Assembly: GCA_035293105.1 (NCBI GenBank)
Contig: DATDOV010000007.1
Span: forward strand, 5,121-69,120
Reading direction: 5' to 3'
DNA length: 64,000 nucleotides
From: Blastocatellia bacterium
Lineage (GTDB): Bacteria > Acidobacteriota > Blastocatellia > UBA7656
Shown: one piece after another, positions 37,833-48,172 of the stretch
Position numbering within the stretch: position 1 is the first letter of the stretch
Layout: every line of letters starts with the position of its first letter
The notes under the pieces: model-generated
What the model saw: only the letters and a program-made list of their open reading frames with translations
Databases searched by the model: none
What the model was told of the DNA's origin: nothing
Made by a program: the position numbers and the translations under genes

Positions 37833-39617
37833 ATGGCACCTAATGGCGGGCAAAGCTATCGGTTTGGTGACTTCACCCTGGAAGCGAGCGAGCACCGCCT
37901 ACGGCGAAAGGGTGAGGAGGTGCCTCTCCGACCCAAAGCCTTTGAGACTCTCCTATACCTTGTCGAGCGCCATGGTCACCTTGTCGAAAAAGATGAATTG
38001 CTTGAAAGGTTGTGGGCGGAAACGGCCGTGACGGAGGGTGTGCTTACGCATTGCATCACAGAAGTGCGCCAGGCGTTACAGGACGAGGCTCACAATCCGC
38101 GATACCTCAAGACTATCCCGCGCGTCGGGTACAAGTTCATTGGCAAGGTCGAAAAGATTGCCTCGGCCGCACAAGCCCCCGAACCTGTGAAGACCGGGAC
38201 GCACGCTATAGCCGTGCTGCCGTTTGTAAACCTGTCTGCCGAACCAGAGAACGAGTACCTCTGCGACGGCCTGGCCGAAGAACTCATCAACGGGCTGACC
38301 AAGGTCAGGGAACTCCGAGTCGTGGCTCATAGCTCGTCTTTCTCGTTCAAAGGTCAGTCTGTGGACGCGCGTGAGATTGGCTGGAAGCTGAACGTCGGAT
38401 GGGTAGTGGAAGGAAGCGTACGCAAGGTTGCCAGCCGCGTGCGCATCTCGGCTCAACTGATCAATGCTGCGGACGGCTACCATCTGTGGTCAGAGCAGTA
38501 CGACCGTCAGATGGAGGATCTGTTCGCCATCCAGGATGAGATCTCGCTTGCGATACTCGAGAGGTTGAAGGTCAAGCTGTTGGGGCGGGAAAAGGCATCG
38601 CTGGTAAAGCGGTACACGGAGGACTTGGAAGCCTATCACCTGTATCTCAAGGGCCGTTACTTCTGGCACAGGCGCTACGAAGGGTTCATGCAAAAAGCCC
38701 AGGAATCCTTTCAGCAAGCGATCGAAAGGGACCCGCTCTATGCGCCGGCCTACACGGGATTGGCTGACACATACAATTCGCTGGGGGTGTGGGGCTTCAT
38801 GGCTCCAGGGGATGTCTTCCCCAGAGCGAGGGCAATGGCACACAAGGCTCTGGAGATTGATGACACCTTGGGCGAGGCTCACGCCTCGTCGGCTTTCGTC
38901 AACTTGTTTTACGACTGGGACTGGGCGGCCGCCGAGCGCGGATTCAAACGAGCCAGTGAACTGTCCCCCGGTTATGCGCTCTCTCACCTCTGGTATGCTC
39001 ACTACTTGAGTTTAGTGGGCCGATTTGATGAGGCCATCGGCGAGGCGAAACAAGCGCAGTTTTTCGACCCCCTGTCGCCCATCATCAACGCCAATGTGGG
39101 ATGGACGTACTACCTGATCCGAGAATACGGCCGGGCAATAGAAGAACTGCGGAAGACGCTTCATCTAGACCCTCACTGCGGCATGGCCCACTTGTACATG
39201 GGGTATACATATGCACAAGCAGGAAGGTACGAAGAGGCCATCGAGGCGCTTCAAAGGGCGATAGATACAACAGAAAGAATGTCTTGGACCGCTGAATCAC
39301 TCGGATACGTTTACGGCCTGGCTGGCAAACGAGAAAGAGCCGAGAAGATACTCCACGAATCGGAGACGCTATCGAAGGAGCGATATGTTCCCTCATCGGC
39401 GCTTGCGCTGATCTATCTGGGATTGGGTGAGCACGACAAAGTTTTCGAGTGGCTCGACAGAGCGTACGACGAGCGTGATGCGTTGCTGCCCTGGCTCAGC
39501 CAGATGCCCGAGTTTGACGCGGTGCGATCAGATCCACGATTCCGAGACCTGCTCCGCCGCATGTGGCTCGCTTCGTCACCTCACCTCTTCGAGCGCCCTT
39601 CCAAAACGTCGGCGTAG
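37833..39617 (+). CDS. CadC-like winged-helix DNA-binding protein with TolB-like and TPR domains
   Basis: 'YRFGDFTL...LRPKAFETLLYLVERHGHLVEKDELLERLW...YLKTIPRVGYKF', 'IAVLPFVNLS', TPR repeats. Confidence 0.9.
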   Translation: MAPNGGQSYRFGDFTLEASEHRLRRKGEEVPLRPKAFETLLYLVERHGHLVEKDELLERLWAETAVTEGVLTHCITEVRQALQDEAHNPRYLKTIPRVGYKFIGKVEKIASAAQAPEPVKTGTHAIAVLPFVNLSAEPENEYLCDGLAEELINGLTKVRELRVVAHSSSFSFKGQSVDAREIGWKLNVGWVVEGSVRKVASRVRISAQLINAADGYHLWSEQYDRQMEDLFAIQDEISLAILERLKVKLLGREKASLVKRYTEDLEAYHLYLKGRYFWHRRYEGFMQKAQESFQQAIERDPLYAPAYTGLADTYNSLGVWGFMAPGDVFPRARAMAHKALEIDDTLGEAHASSAFVNLFYDWDWAAAERGFKRASELSPGYALSHLWYAHYLSLVGRFDEAIGEAKQAQFFDPLSPIINANVGWTYYLIREYGRAIEELRKTLHLDPHCGMAHLYMGYTYAQAGRYEEAIEALQRAIDTTERMSWTAESLGYVYGLAGKRERAEKILHESETLSKERYVPSSALALIYLGLGEHDKVFEWLDRAYDERDALLPWLSQMPEFDAVRSDPRFRDLLRRMWLASSPHLFERPSKTSA

Positions 39618-39654
39618 GTCTTCTATCGGCTGGTGGCGCTGAGTGGCTTGGATA

Positions 39655-39683
39655 ATAACGGCTCCTTAAAAGGAGGCCGTTAT
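39655..39683. terminator. Hairpin between convergent units; possible terminator
   Basis: ATAACGGCTCCT-TAAA-AGGAGGCCGTTAT. Confidence 0.45.
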
Positions 39684-39750
39684 GAAGATGTTTTGTTAGA
39701 TCAGTCAAGCAAAAGTCAGAGCCCTTACTTGATCTCAAACGCGCTTGCCC

Positions 39751-40128
39751 TCACGGGATGTAGTTGAGAGCCTCGGGCAGTGGATCGACCATAGGCACCT
39801 CAAAGAAGCGCGCCGGTTCCGGGTGGATGATCATCTTGCCCTTGGAAGCGAAAAAGACCGCAATCTGCTCCTGAGCGCCAAGGGAGACCGCACCGAACAT
39901 GGTGAACAGCGGCATGAAGGAGTGCGGGTTCTTCGGCAGCGCGGGATTTTCGGCAAAGGCGAGATCGTGCCGGTAGCAAACCCCGCGGTCCGTCAAGTCG
40001 CCCGCGTGCAGCATTGCCGTCGTCGCTGGGTTAGGCACGCTTTGGTCACCTTTAGCGAACTGACCGATCACCGACTTGGCGGGCACCCCGACAAGCGGGG
40101 CTTTCCGGAGGTGAGGCGCGTATGCGGC
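39751..40128 (-). pseudogene. 3' fragment (~125 codons) of a paralog of the lipase-like gene at 44893-47169
   Basis: About 90% identical by hand count to 44893-45268. Begins within 5 bp of the hydrolase stop at 40133. Confidence 0.88.
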
Positions 40129-40132
40129 ACCT

Positions 40133-41197
40133 TCATCTCATCAACTTCCTCAGGCGGCCATCAAAGAACTTGATCGTCGGCTCAAAGAAGGCCGGATCAA
40201 CCTCCCGCCCCGAGCCTGGCGAACCGGCGAACCCATGCCCGACGCCAGGGAGCCGGACAAAGGTGACACCAACGCCAGCATTCCTCAACGCTGCCACGAG
40301 CAGTTCGCTCTGGTTGATGGGCACCATGTTATCGCCCTCGCCGTGGATTACGAGGAACGGTGGGTCCCCGCTGTCGATATAGGTGAGAGGGCTGGCACGA
40401 GGGGCTCGTTTCAGCACTGGCGGATCGGCTAACGAACCTCCCAGAAAAGTCGCCCACGCCAACGTCCAGTAGAAATACGGCGTGCTCTCGCCGCCGTATT
40501 TCGAAATCAGAGTGGCAATGCTTGTCGAGCAAGGATTGTCGTTGAAGACGATTGGGGGGCCTCGCGTGACGTCCACTGGCGCGAACCAGTCGGCGACTGC
40601 CTGCACTTCATCGGAGACCCCCAGGTTCTCGGTGCCTTCGAGGTCAGCCACTCCAGGCGATACCCCGAGCAACACGGCTAGATGCCCACCCGAGGAAGCG
40701 CCGAGCGTGCCAAAGCGATTGGGATTGATCCCATATTTGCCAGCGTGTTTGCGCAGCCACCGCACTGCCGCTTTCACGTCATGTACCTGTGCAGGAAAGG
40801 AGAGTTCTTTTGGACAGCCGGCCGTGTGGTTTGCGAGACGATAGCCGACGCAGGCCACGGCATACCCTCTTGCCGCAAAAGAGCGTCCAGGACAAGTGTC
40901 CTTTCTGCCCTCGAACCACCCGCCGCCGTGAAGGAAGATAATCAGCGGCGATGGTTGCTCAGTCCTTTGCGGAAGGTAGAGGTCGAGGAGAAGCTTCTTG
41001 CTGACTCCGCCAAACTGGTAAGAGGCATACTGCAGGTCCCGAAGAACTGTGACCTCAGTTGGGCCAATGTCAGGACGGACTTGCGAGCGCACCGCGCTGC
41101 CAGGCGGGCTCACGCTTAGCAGACAGATAGTCAATGTCACGATCGTACAGGTTCTCGGCCAGCACTCCGACAACGTCTTGTCCCGCCTTCCGTTCAT
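40133..41197 (-). CDS. Secreted alpha/beta hydrolase (esterase, BD-FAE/HSL-like)
   Basis: 'LHGGGW', nucleophile 'GASSGG', 'HGEGDNMVP', 'GVGHG'. GGAGG RBS before ATG 41197. Confidence 0.9.
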   Translation of the reverse strand: MNGRRDKTLSECWPRTCTIVTLTICLLSVSPPGSAVRSQVRPDIGPTEVTVLRDLQYASYQFGGVSKKLLLDLYLPQRTEQPSPLIIFLHGGGWFEGRKDTCPGRSFAARGYAVACVGYRLANHTAGCPKELSFPAQVHDVKAAVRWLRKHAGKYGINPNRFGTLGASSGGHLAVLLGVSPGVADLEGTENLGVSDEVQAVADWFAPVDVTRGPPIVFNDNPCSTSIATLISKYGGESTPYFYWTLAWATFLGGSLADPPVLKRAPRASPLTYIDSGDPPFLVIHGEGDNMVPINQSELLVAALRNAGVGVTFVRLPGVGHGFAGSPGSGREVDPAFFEPTIKFFDGRLRKLMR

Positions 41198-41288
41198 GAT
41201 ACACCCCTCCCGTTTAGCCTGTCTCAACGCGTCAATAATCTCGGGCGGTCACCCGAGCGAGACGTGTCCGCAGCAGGCGCCGCGCTAC

Positions 41289-42908
41289 TCACAGGCGGCT
41301 GACCGTAACTCCGCCAAAGACGACAGGGTTATTGAACTGAAGAGTCAGTCTCATCGAGACGGCGCGCATGCCGAATACAATTTCGGCGGGCCCCGGCCCC
41401 TCGTCCCTGAACGGCTTAATGGTGCAGAGACCAACCAGACCGGACTTATCTGTTGTCGGGGCAAGAGTCAGCTTTACATATTCCTCCTTCCCGGCCGTGT
41501 TAACGTATGTCACCAACGCAACTAGATTCACCGGAAAATACTCCGAGATGCTAGACCAAAGGGAGCTGGCCTGGACAGCAATCAGATACTGCCCCCCGCC
41601 CGGAGGCAACTCTGCATACAGATAAACCTGCCCTTCGTTACCGAGGAGAAGCACATCTTTCTGCAACATTAGGTTCAACGAATTCTTGGTGGTCATAAAG
41701 ATGCCGCCAGCATTCGTATTTCCCGCAGCGTAACCGGTCTGGCCCTGCTGGTACATGGGTCCCGGCTTGGTTGGGGAGAAGTGGACCGGGGCGCTCCAAA
41801 TCTCCGACAGCGTCTTACCTGCTCCAAAGGCAGAAGGGACTGTATTCCCGACCGGCGTCCCATCCAGGCTCTCTGTCTTCAACTGGGCCAATTGCCTTCC
41901 CGCACTGGCAGCGGCGCTTTCGAGTGAGGCCTTAGTCGCGGGATTGCCCAAGAGCGAGTCGAGCATCGTCGTTCGTGTGGGCGGGGTCGTCACCTGATTC
42001 AGCACAGCAGCAGATGGGGTGGGGAACTGACCCAGCTTTCCCGCTTCGGGCATCGGGATCGGTATTGGCGTTGCGGCGGGGCTCTTTGGATTGGGGATGT
42101 TAATGGGCGTTGCGGCTGATCCGCCTGCCGGCGTCGCCAGGGATATTCGGGACAAGACCACTCCGTTTTCCCACTCAATGCGATTGGCTTTGCCGTTTGG
42201 GTCAATCCCTACTCCGCCCTGGGCTGATCCAGAACCTGTGTTGCCGGTCCAGCTCGCAGTGATGTTCTGCCCCTTGAGCGTCCCGCTCCCCTTCTCATTT
42301 ATCGCTGCCACGTACCAGATGAACTGCTCTCCGTTCTGCGTGATCTCATAGACCTGCCCCGTCGTGCTCGTCCACTTGCCTGAAATGTCTATTACGCCCT
42401 TTGGCACAGCCGGCCCAATTGAGCCGGGCGGTGCCACTTTTGCGGTCGGGTCGGTTTGCACAATCGGCGGAGTGGGGGCAGTGGGGCTGGAGGCGCTGCC
42501 CGTCTTCCTGAAGAAGACTACGCCGTTGTCCCACTCAATCCGAGTTGCCGCTCCTGAAGAATCAACCTCGGTGATGTTTCCTTTAGCCGAGCCTGAGCCG
42601 CCCGGGTCAGTCCACGAAGCGCTAATGCCGCTCTGTGACAGAGTGCCGCTGCCCTTCTGGTTGATCTTGGCCGCAAACCAGGTAAACTGGTTTCCGCTCT
42701 GGGTGATCTCATAGTCAACGCCGATATTGCTGCTCCATTTTCCTGAAATGTCACGGACCTGTCCCGCCGCAAGCTCAGTCGGCAGAAACGTCTTTGCAGA
42801 GCTGCTGCCGCACAGGTAGCTGCCCGCAAGCAGATAAATCGCGCAAGCCGCAATCACGGCGAGCATCGGCCTGCTTCTTGCAATCGTTTTCGTGATGCGA
42901 TTTAACAT
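41289..42908 (-). CDS. Secreted modular protein with two ~82-aa 'DISGKW' modules and Pro-rich linkers
   Basis: AGAAAGGAGGTGA RBS and signal peptide. Modules at 42507-42752 and 42147-42389. Confidence 0.75.
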   Translation of the reverse strand: MLNRITKTIARSRPMLAVIAACAIYLLAGSYLCGSSSAKTFLPTELAAGQVRDISGKWSSNIGVDYEITQSGNQFTWFAAKINQKGSGTLSQSGISASWTDPGGSGSAKGNITEVDSSGAATRIEWDNGVVFFRKTGSASSPTAPTPPIVQTDPTAKVAPPGSIGPAVPKGVIDISGKWTSTTGQVYEITQNGEQFIWYVAAINEKGSGTLKGQNITASWTGNTGSGSAQGGVGIDPNGKANRIEWENGVVLSRISLATPAGGSAATPINIPNPKSPAATPIPIPMPEAGKLGQFPTPSAAVLNQVTTPPTRTTMLDSLLGNPATKASLESAAASAGRQLAQLKTESLDGTPVGNTVPSAFGAGKTLSEIWSAPVHFSPTKPGPMYQQGQTGYAAGNTNAGGIFMTTKNSLNLMLQKDVLLLGNEGQVYLYAELPPGGGQYLIAVQASSLWSSISEYFPVNLVALVTYVNTAGKEEYVKLTLAPTTDKSGLVGLCTIKPFRDEGPGPAEIVFGMRAVSMRLTLQFNNPVVFGGVTVSRL

Positions 42909-42996
42909 GACGTCACCTCCTTTCTGAGGATCTGAATTGAAAACCTCGCTGGCAGAACAACCCCGTCCGCATCGAGTCGCGACGTTACACGGCTGG

Positions 42997-44461
42997 CTAC
43001 CTGAAGAAGGTCACCCGTTATCCCAATCAATGCGAATCGCTCTGCCATTGGCGTTTACCCCAGTGATCTTTCCTTTAGCTGAACCTGAGCCGCCCGGGCC
43101 AGACCACGAAGCGGTGAGGCCATTCCCCGTTAATGTGCCGCTGCCCATCTGGTCTTGGCCGCGTTCCAGCTAAACTGGTTCCCGCTCTGAGTGATCTCGT
43201 AGGCCACCCCTATAGACCTGTCCCATTTGCCTGAGATGTCAGGCAGGGAGGGCTTCACGGGACCTGGTCCGGCTTCACCGGGTGCCTGTCCCGCTTGAGG
43301 CGACCTGACGCCTGAGACGCAATCCTTATTCGGGACGGCGTTGGGGATACTGTATTTCAGATAGCAGCGCGCCTGTGGCCCCTGCACCCCTGCGCGAACA
43401 TAGGTGAAGGCCTTGCAGTCTACGTCGGCTTCGCAGGCATAGCGGCAATCTTCGGGTCCGCCGCTCACCCAGAAGCTCTTGTAGTCGAGACCGGGCCGGT
43501 CCGTGTTGTCTTCTAATCCCCCTGCCATAGGTCTGACCCCTACGACTTTCGGAGGCGCAGGACCGGCAGGCTTAGCCGCTCCAGCTTGCCAGGAGGGCTG
43601 TCCGGCAGGGGCGGCACCTCCGACCTTTGGCGGAGGTGGAGGTGGAGGCCCGGTCCATCGGATCTCGAGAGAGGATGCCATCTCGTCCCAGCCGTACTTG
43701 TTCAACTCGTACCACGCCGCTGAAGGACCACCTGCCCCAGGCAAGGTAATGCACTTGCCGGCGCAGCCGGTTTCGTCGCAAAGCGTCACCGCTATGTTCT
43801 TGTGAGATGGGTGCACCCATTCGGACTCGTTGTCGATGAAGTCAGGGATCGTTGGGTACTTTATCTCAGTTGCAAACAACGATTCGGGCAGGGGGAAGAA
43901 CGCGCCGTTGTACAATTCATGCGCGAGGAATACGCCAAGTGGTTCTCCAGCATCCTTGCTAAATACTATCAGAGACGAACAATTGTCATTCTCCCCGGAA
44001 ACTGGCAAATCCTTGTTGGAAGCCAGATGCGGCTTGGCGTAAGCACCGATGAAATGAGGATGCTGGAAAAGAATAACGCCTACTCGTTCGCCGACCTGGA
44101 TGGAAGAGATCCTGTCGTTCATATTCAAAGCGGCCCCGATGCCGCCGACGACGGCTGGCGTCGAGCCAGCCTGGCCGGCGGGTTTGTCGTCCGTTACCGC
44201 TGATAAATCGGGCACCAGCCGCTGCCTCATCCACGACGGATCGAGGCGGAAGGAAACGTGCACGCCAACGAAGTCCGAATGCTCGTAGACGATCACCTCA
44301 TAAGGGTCAACAGTCTTCGGATAATTAATCTGTGAGCTGGCCGCGCTGCCGGGCGCATAGCTCCCGCCAAGCAGCCACAAACTGAGGCACGCCGCAATGG
44401 CCAGCCCCCGCATGAGGCTCGTCTTCGCTCTGCTCTTTTTCATAACCAACTGATAAGCCAT
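42997..44461 (-). pseudogene. Secreted beta/gamma-crystallin-like + PAN/apple + 'DISGKW' module protein; last module frameshifted (translated ORF ends at 43130)
   Basis: Crystallin-like 'VIVYEHSDFVG...MNDRISSIQV'. PAN-like 'NTDRPGLDY...CRYACEADVDCKAFTY...CYLK...CVSG'. A 4-nt deletion near 43150 and a 1-nt deletion near 43013 relative to the intact modules. Confidence 0.7.
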
Positions 44462-44892
44462 GACCTTGCTCCTTTCTATGTCAACCGAGATGCAGGGGAA
44501 CGGGCAGCCCTAGAAAAACGGTACATTGTAAGTCCTGTGCGCCCCCCCACAGTCTGTGACCGCTGGCACATGCCGCGAGCCGTGGAACACACGTCGGGAG
44601 GCGCCAGAGGAGACTTCGTCCGAGCACAGCCGGGCGTGCCGTACACTTCTGAAGCCGCACTATATCCCGCGCACCAACATCGCCACCGCCAGCGTCAGGG
44701 CAATAATACTCAGGATCCTATCCAGAGCTGCAGCGCATCGGTCTGCCACAGATGGTTCATTATCAGAGAGGGTCAACTACTAAAACACCAAAGAGCACCA
44801 AAGAGGGGCAGGCCTGAGTTCTTGTCGCGACTGAATAGCAATGTCACAGTTGCGACCGATTGTGACATTTCTACTAGTCAAAACATGTTCCC

Positions 44893-47169
44893 TCACGGGA
44901 TGTAGTTGAGGGCCTCCGGCAGTGGATCGGCCATAGGCACGTGGAAGAACCGTGCCGGTTCAGGGTGGATAACCATCTTGCCCTTGGAAGCGAAAAAGAC
45001 CGCAATCTGCTGCTGAGCGCCAAGGGAGACCGCACCGAACATGGTGAACAGCGGCATGAAGGAGTGCGGGTCCTTCCGCAACGCGGGGTTTTCGGCAAAG
45101 GCGAGATCGTGCCGGTAGCACGTGGCGCGGTCAGTCAAGTCACCGGCGCGCAGCAATGCCGTCGTCGCCGGGTTAGGCACGCTTTGGTCACCTTTAGCGA
45201 ACTGAACGATCACCGACTTGGCGGGCACGCCGGCGAGTGGAGCTTTCCGGAGGTGCGGCGCGTATGCGACCGGAGTGCCCGACTGCATGACCCACTCCAG
45301 CTTTTCGAAGAAATCCTGGATCTCGATCGCTCCGGCGACCGTGTTGATCATCGGCGACTGAATAAGGGAGATGGTTCCGTCAGCCAGACGGACGGCCAGC
45401 GGCATGCCGTTCCTGAGCGGTATGTTCTCGTTGAATTGAGGAGGTGCGACGGCAACTCCCTCAATGTAGGTGATCCCTGGCGAGTTGATCAACGACGGGG
45501 TTCGCGTGGCTAGCAAACGGCCATTGATAATCCGGTTGCCGGGGGAAAACAGGAGATTCGCGGCTGGGCCGCCGGCGACGGTGAGGACTCCGGCCCGAAC
45601 ATTCGGCTCGACGGCGAGGAAGAGCGTGCCGTAGAAGCCGCCCATCGAGAATCCAACATAGTAAATACGGGAGGGTTTCAGGTCCCGTAGTCCGTCTCCG
45701 TCCACGTCCATACCGACCTTGATAACACGGACGAGTTGCATGAGGTCTGCAACGGTCTGCCGCAGACCGTCGCCCGTAGAGATGATCGCCCGCGGCCGGG
45801 CAGTCTGGAGGCCCTCGCTGGCGCCGATTTCGCCGTTGCCGTCCTGGTTAATGCCGCGCCCGCCAGCGGGGAATGTCACCGAAACGCCGTTGCTCTCGTT
45901 GACCGTCAGCGTCCCCAGCGGGCCTCTGCCGTGCCCGACGGCGTTGATCCCGATGGTGGCGATGCCCTGCGCCGCCATCGAAGCGGCAACATGGTTTAGG
46001 CTCAAGAAGCCGTCCTTGCTGAGAGTGACACCATGACCGTAGATCGCTATGGGCCATCCACCCGGAGGCATCGCGCCTGAAGGCAAGAACAGATTAAAGT
46101 AAATCTCGTTCACCCCTTGCACGGCTGGCACGCCAGTGCGTGTGTCCACTGGCGGAATGAACTCCCCAGGATGTACCTCATAGTCGGGTGAGAGGTACTT
46201 CCCGAAGGCAACCTGTCCCACTGCACCGGGGATGTTCCGCGGTAATGACACATCGACCGGGACTGCGGTGAACTTGGGCGGGTTGTCACCCGTCTGCTGG
46301 TTCCACGTGATGCCATTGACCTGATCGAGCGGAAAGACCGTCCGGCTCCCGCCGGGTCCCAGGTTGAAATCGGCGGGAGCAGGGGTAGCCGCCTTGATCT
46401 GATCCCGGATCTTCTCCAGGATGGCTGTCGCGCTATGCGTGGTGAACACACTGGCGCTGACGACCTCGCTCTTGGGCACGCCCGCTCTCCGCGCCGCGCC
46501 GAGAGCTTGGAGCAACCTCTTCCGATATTTTTTCAAGCCAGGATCGCCCGGCTGGCCTTCGCTGAGTTCTTGCCGGAATCGCTCAAACGCTTCGCTCGCC
46601 TCAACTGATGAACCATTCTGATCCTGCACGCCGCGGGTAACGATCAGCCCGTAGCGCGTATGCTGGTCCAGGAGTTCGTCCGACTCGACGTGAAGCGTGT
46701 TCGTCGCCGGGTCCCACACTACCTGATTGATGCCGATACGGCGGCCGCCCAGGTCATTGGGATCGAGCATGTCACCCAGGCTAACGAGAAAGACTGTCTG
46801 GCTAGTGACTGAGTTAACGTCGATCGGTCCGTCAAACGGAATGGAGAGTCGCGGCTGCAGATTGAACCCGTCCAGCGTGTTAATGACGTCCAGGTCTTCG
46901 CAGTCCGACGTCCGTTGGGAGCAGTCCGGCTTTGGCAGGTTGACCCTAAGCCCGGTGTTTTGACTCGGATCACGCACAGTGAACCGGTCGGCCGGAAAGG
47001 GACCTCCTGCAGGGGCGTCAAGATTGAACAGAGCGTGGATGGAGCTATCGTTAGAAGCTCTACCCTTAAAGAATGAAGCAGTAGTCAGGAGTAAGACGGC
47101 CGCCGACACCGCCAGGCAGCGGACGGTTAAACCCCTCAAGCTAATTGTTCGCAAACTTATCTCTCGCAT
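44893..47169 (-). CDS. Secreted Ig-like-domain + alpha/beta hydrolase (extracellular lipase-like) protein
   Basis: Signal peptide, 'GPFPADRFT', 'IYGHG', nucleophile 'GFSMGG', 'FAKGDQSVPN', 'DPHSF'. GGAGG RBS. Confidence 0.8.
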   Translation of the reverse strand: MREISLRTISLRGLTVRCLAVSAAVLLLTTASFFKGRASNDSSIHALFNLDAPAGGPFPADRFTVRDPSQNTGLRVNLPKPDCSQRTSDCEDLDVINTLDGFNLQPRLSIPFDGPIDVNSVTSQTVFLVSLGDMLDPNDLGGRRIGINQVVWDPATNTLHVESDELLDQHTRYGLIVTRGVQDQNGSSVEASEAFERFRQELSEGQPGDPGLKKYRKRLLQALGAARRAGVPKSEVVSASVFTTHSATAILEKIRDQIKAATPAPADFNLGPGGSRTVFPLDQVNGITWNQQTGDNPPKFTAVPVDVSLPRNIPGAVGQVAFGKYLSPDYEVHPGEFIPPVDTRTGVPAVQGVNEIYFNLFLPSGAMPPGGWPIAIYGHGVTLSKDGFLSLNHVAASMAAQGIATIGINAVGHGRGPLGTLTVNESNGVSVTFPAGGRGINQDGNGEIGASEGLQTARPRAIISTGDGLRQTVADLMQLVRVIKVGMDVDGDGLRDLKPSRIYYVGFSMGGFYGTLFLAVEPNVRAGVLTVAGGPAANLLFSPGNRIINGRLLATRTPSLINSPGITYIEGVAVAPPQFNENIPLRNGMPLAVRLADGTISLIQSPMINTVAGAIEIQDFFEKLEWVMQSGTPVAYAPHLRKAPLAGVPAKSVIVQFAKGDQSVPNPATTALLRAGDLTDRATCYRHDLAFAENPALRKDPHSFMPLFTMFGAVSLGAQQQIAVFFASKGKMVIHPEPARFFHVPMADPLPEALNYIP

Positions 47170-47815
47170 TGCTTCTTACCTCCTGCTTTGAAATCCAGTA
47201 CCATTGCCCCCACTCAGATCTATCCTTCGTGGGGCGCACGTTTTTTTTGTGTCTCGCCTAGTAACGCGCCGATTTCGCTCGAATCCCATCATCGGGGGAC
47301 GAGATTCCGTCTCATTCACCTCTCCGTAATAAACGGATGTAATTCCGGTCCCGCTAACCCCAATTTCGAGATGCCATCACGGCGATGTGCGGCCGCCATC
47401 AGAAGGCTGGTCCAGCGCTCCCATGTCTGACATTTCTGCTGTTCCCCGTCCGAACAGCTTGGCAGAATCGACCACGAGAATCGGGGCCGGAATCGAATTT
47501 CGCTCCACGACTCTGAAGCACCATGTGGCCCGCCCCGTTTGTTGTCCTTGGCCTAGTAACGGCCGATTTCGCCGGAATTCACAAGGGGCGAAAGATTCTT
47601 TGAGACGCAAACAGGATAGTGGCCTTTCTGGATTTCATAATTCCTCCTTCTATATTCTTTGAGGCGCTGGTTGAAGCTGGCCAGCCACCGGGTTTCACAA
47701 GGGTGGAATTGGTCTTGCCAACCAACTGCTTCGCCACCTCTCTTGCTCCATCTACTAACGCAAGAGTTTCAGGAGAATTCCCTCACGCCATGACGAAGTT
47801 CTTTTCGAGAGATCA

Positions 47816-48104
47816 CCTGGCAGGATGCTGAAAAACCCTGCTGCGCCCCCACCAACCCAGCGTTGGTGGTGTGGTGACTGTTGAGCTATACGAGTGTGTG
47901 CGAGCCGCTGCCCTCCACCGACCCTGTGTCGGCGGAGGCATGACTGAGATGGTAGTTAGCTTAGCGATCAGTCGTGATTCCACCGACGCAGGGTCGGTGG
48001 AGATCGCCCAGTAGCCTTGGGCGGCTTGTTTTCGGTGTCAGTCAGGGTTACCACCAACACGGGGTTGATGGAGAGTGAAACAACTTTTTCAGCGGCCTGC
48101 CAGG
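47816..48104. mobile_element. MITE-like non-coding element (~290 bp) with terminal inverted repeats
   Basis: CCTGGCAGGATGCTGAAAAA ... TTTTTCAGCGGCCTGCCAGG (18/20 complementary). Internal inverted pair CTCCACCGACCCTGTGTCGGCGGAG / TCCACCGACGCAGGGTCGGTGGAG. No ORF. Confidence 0.65.
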
Positions 48105-48172
48105 CAGGATTTGGTCAAAGTTGTTTATAATCGGGGGCAACAGGAGATGGCCTGCGGAGAGATAGGCAGCCG

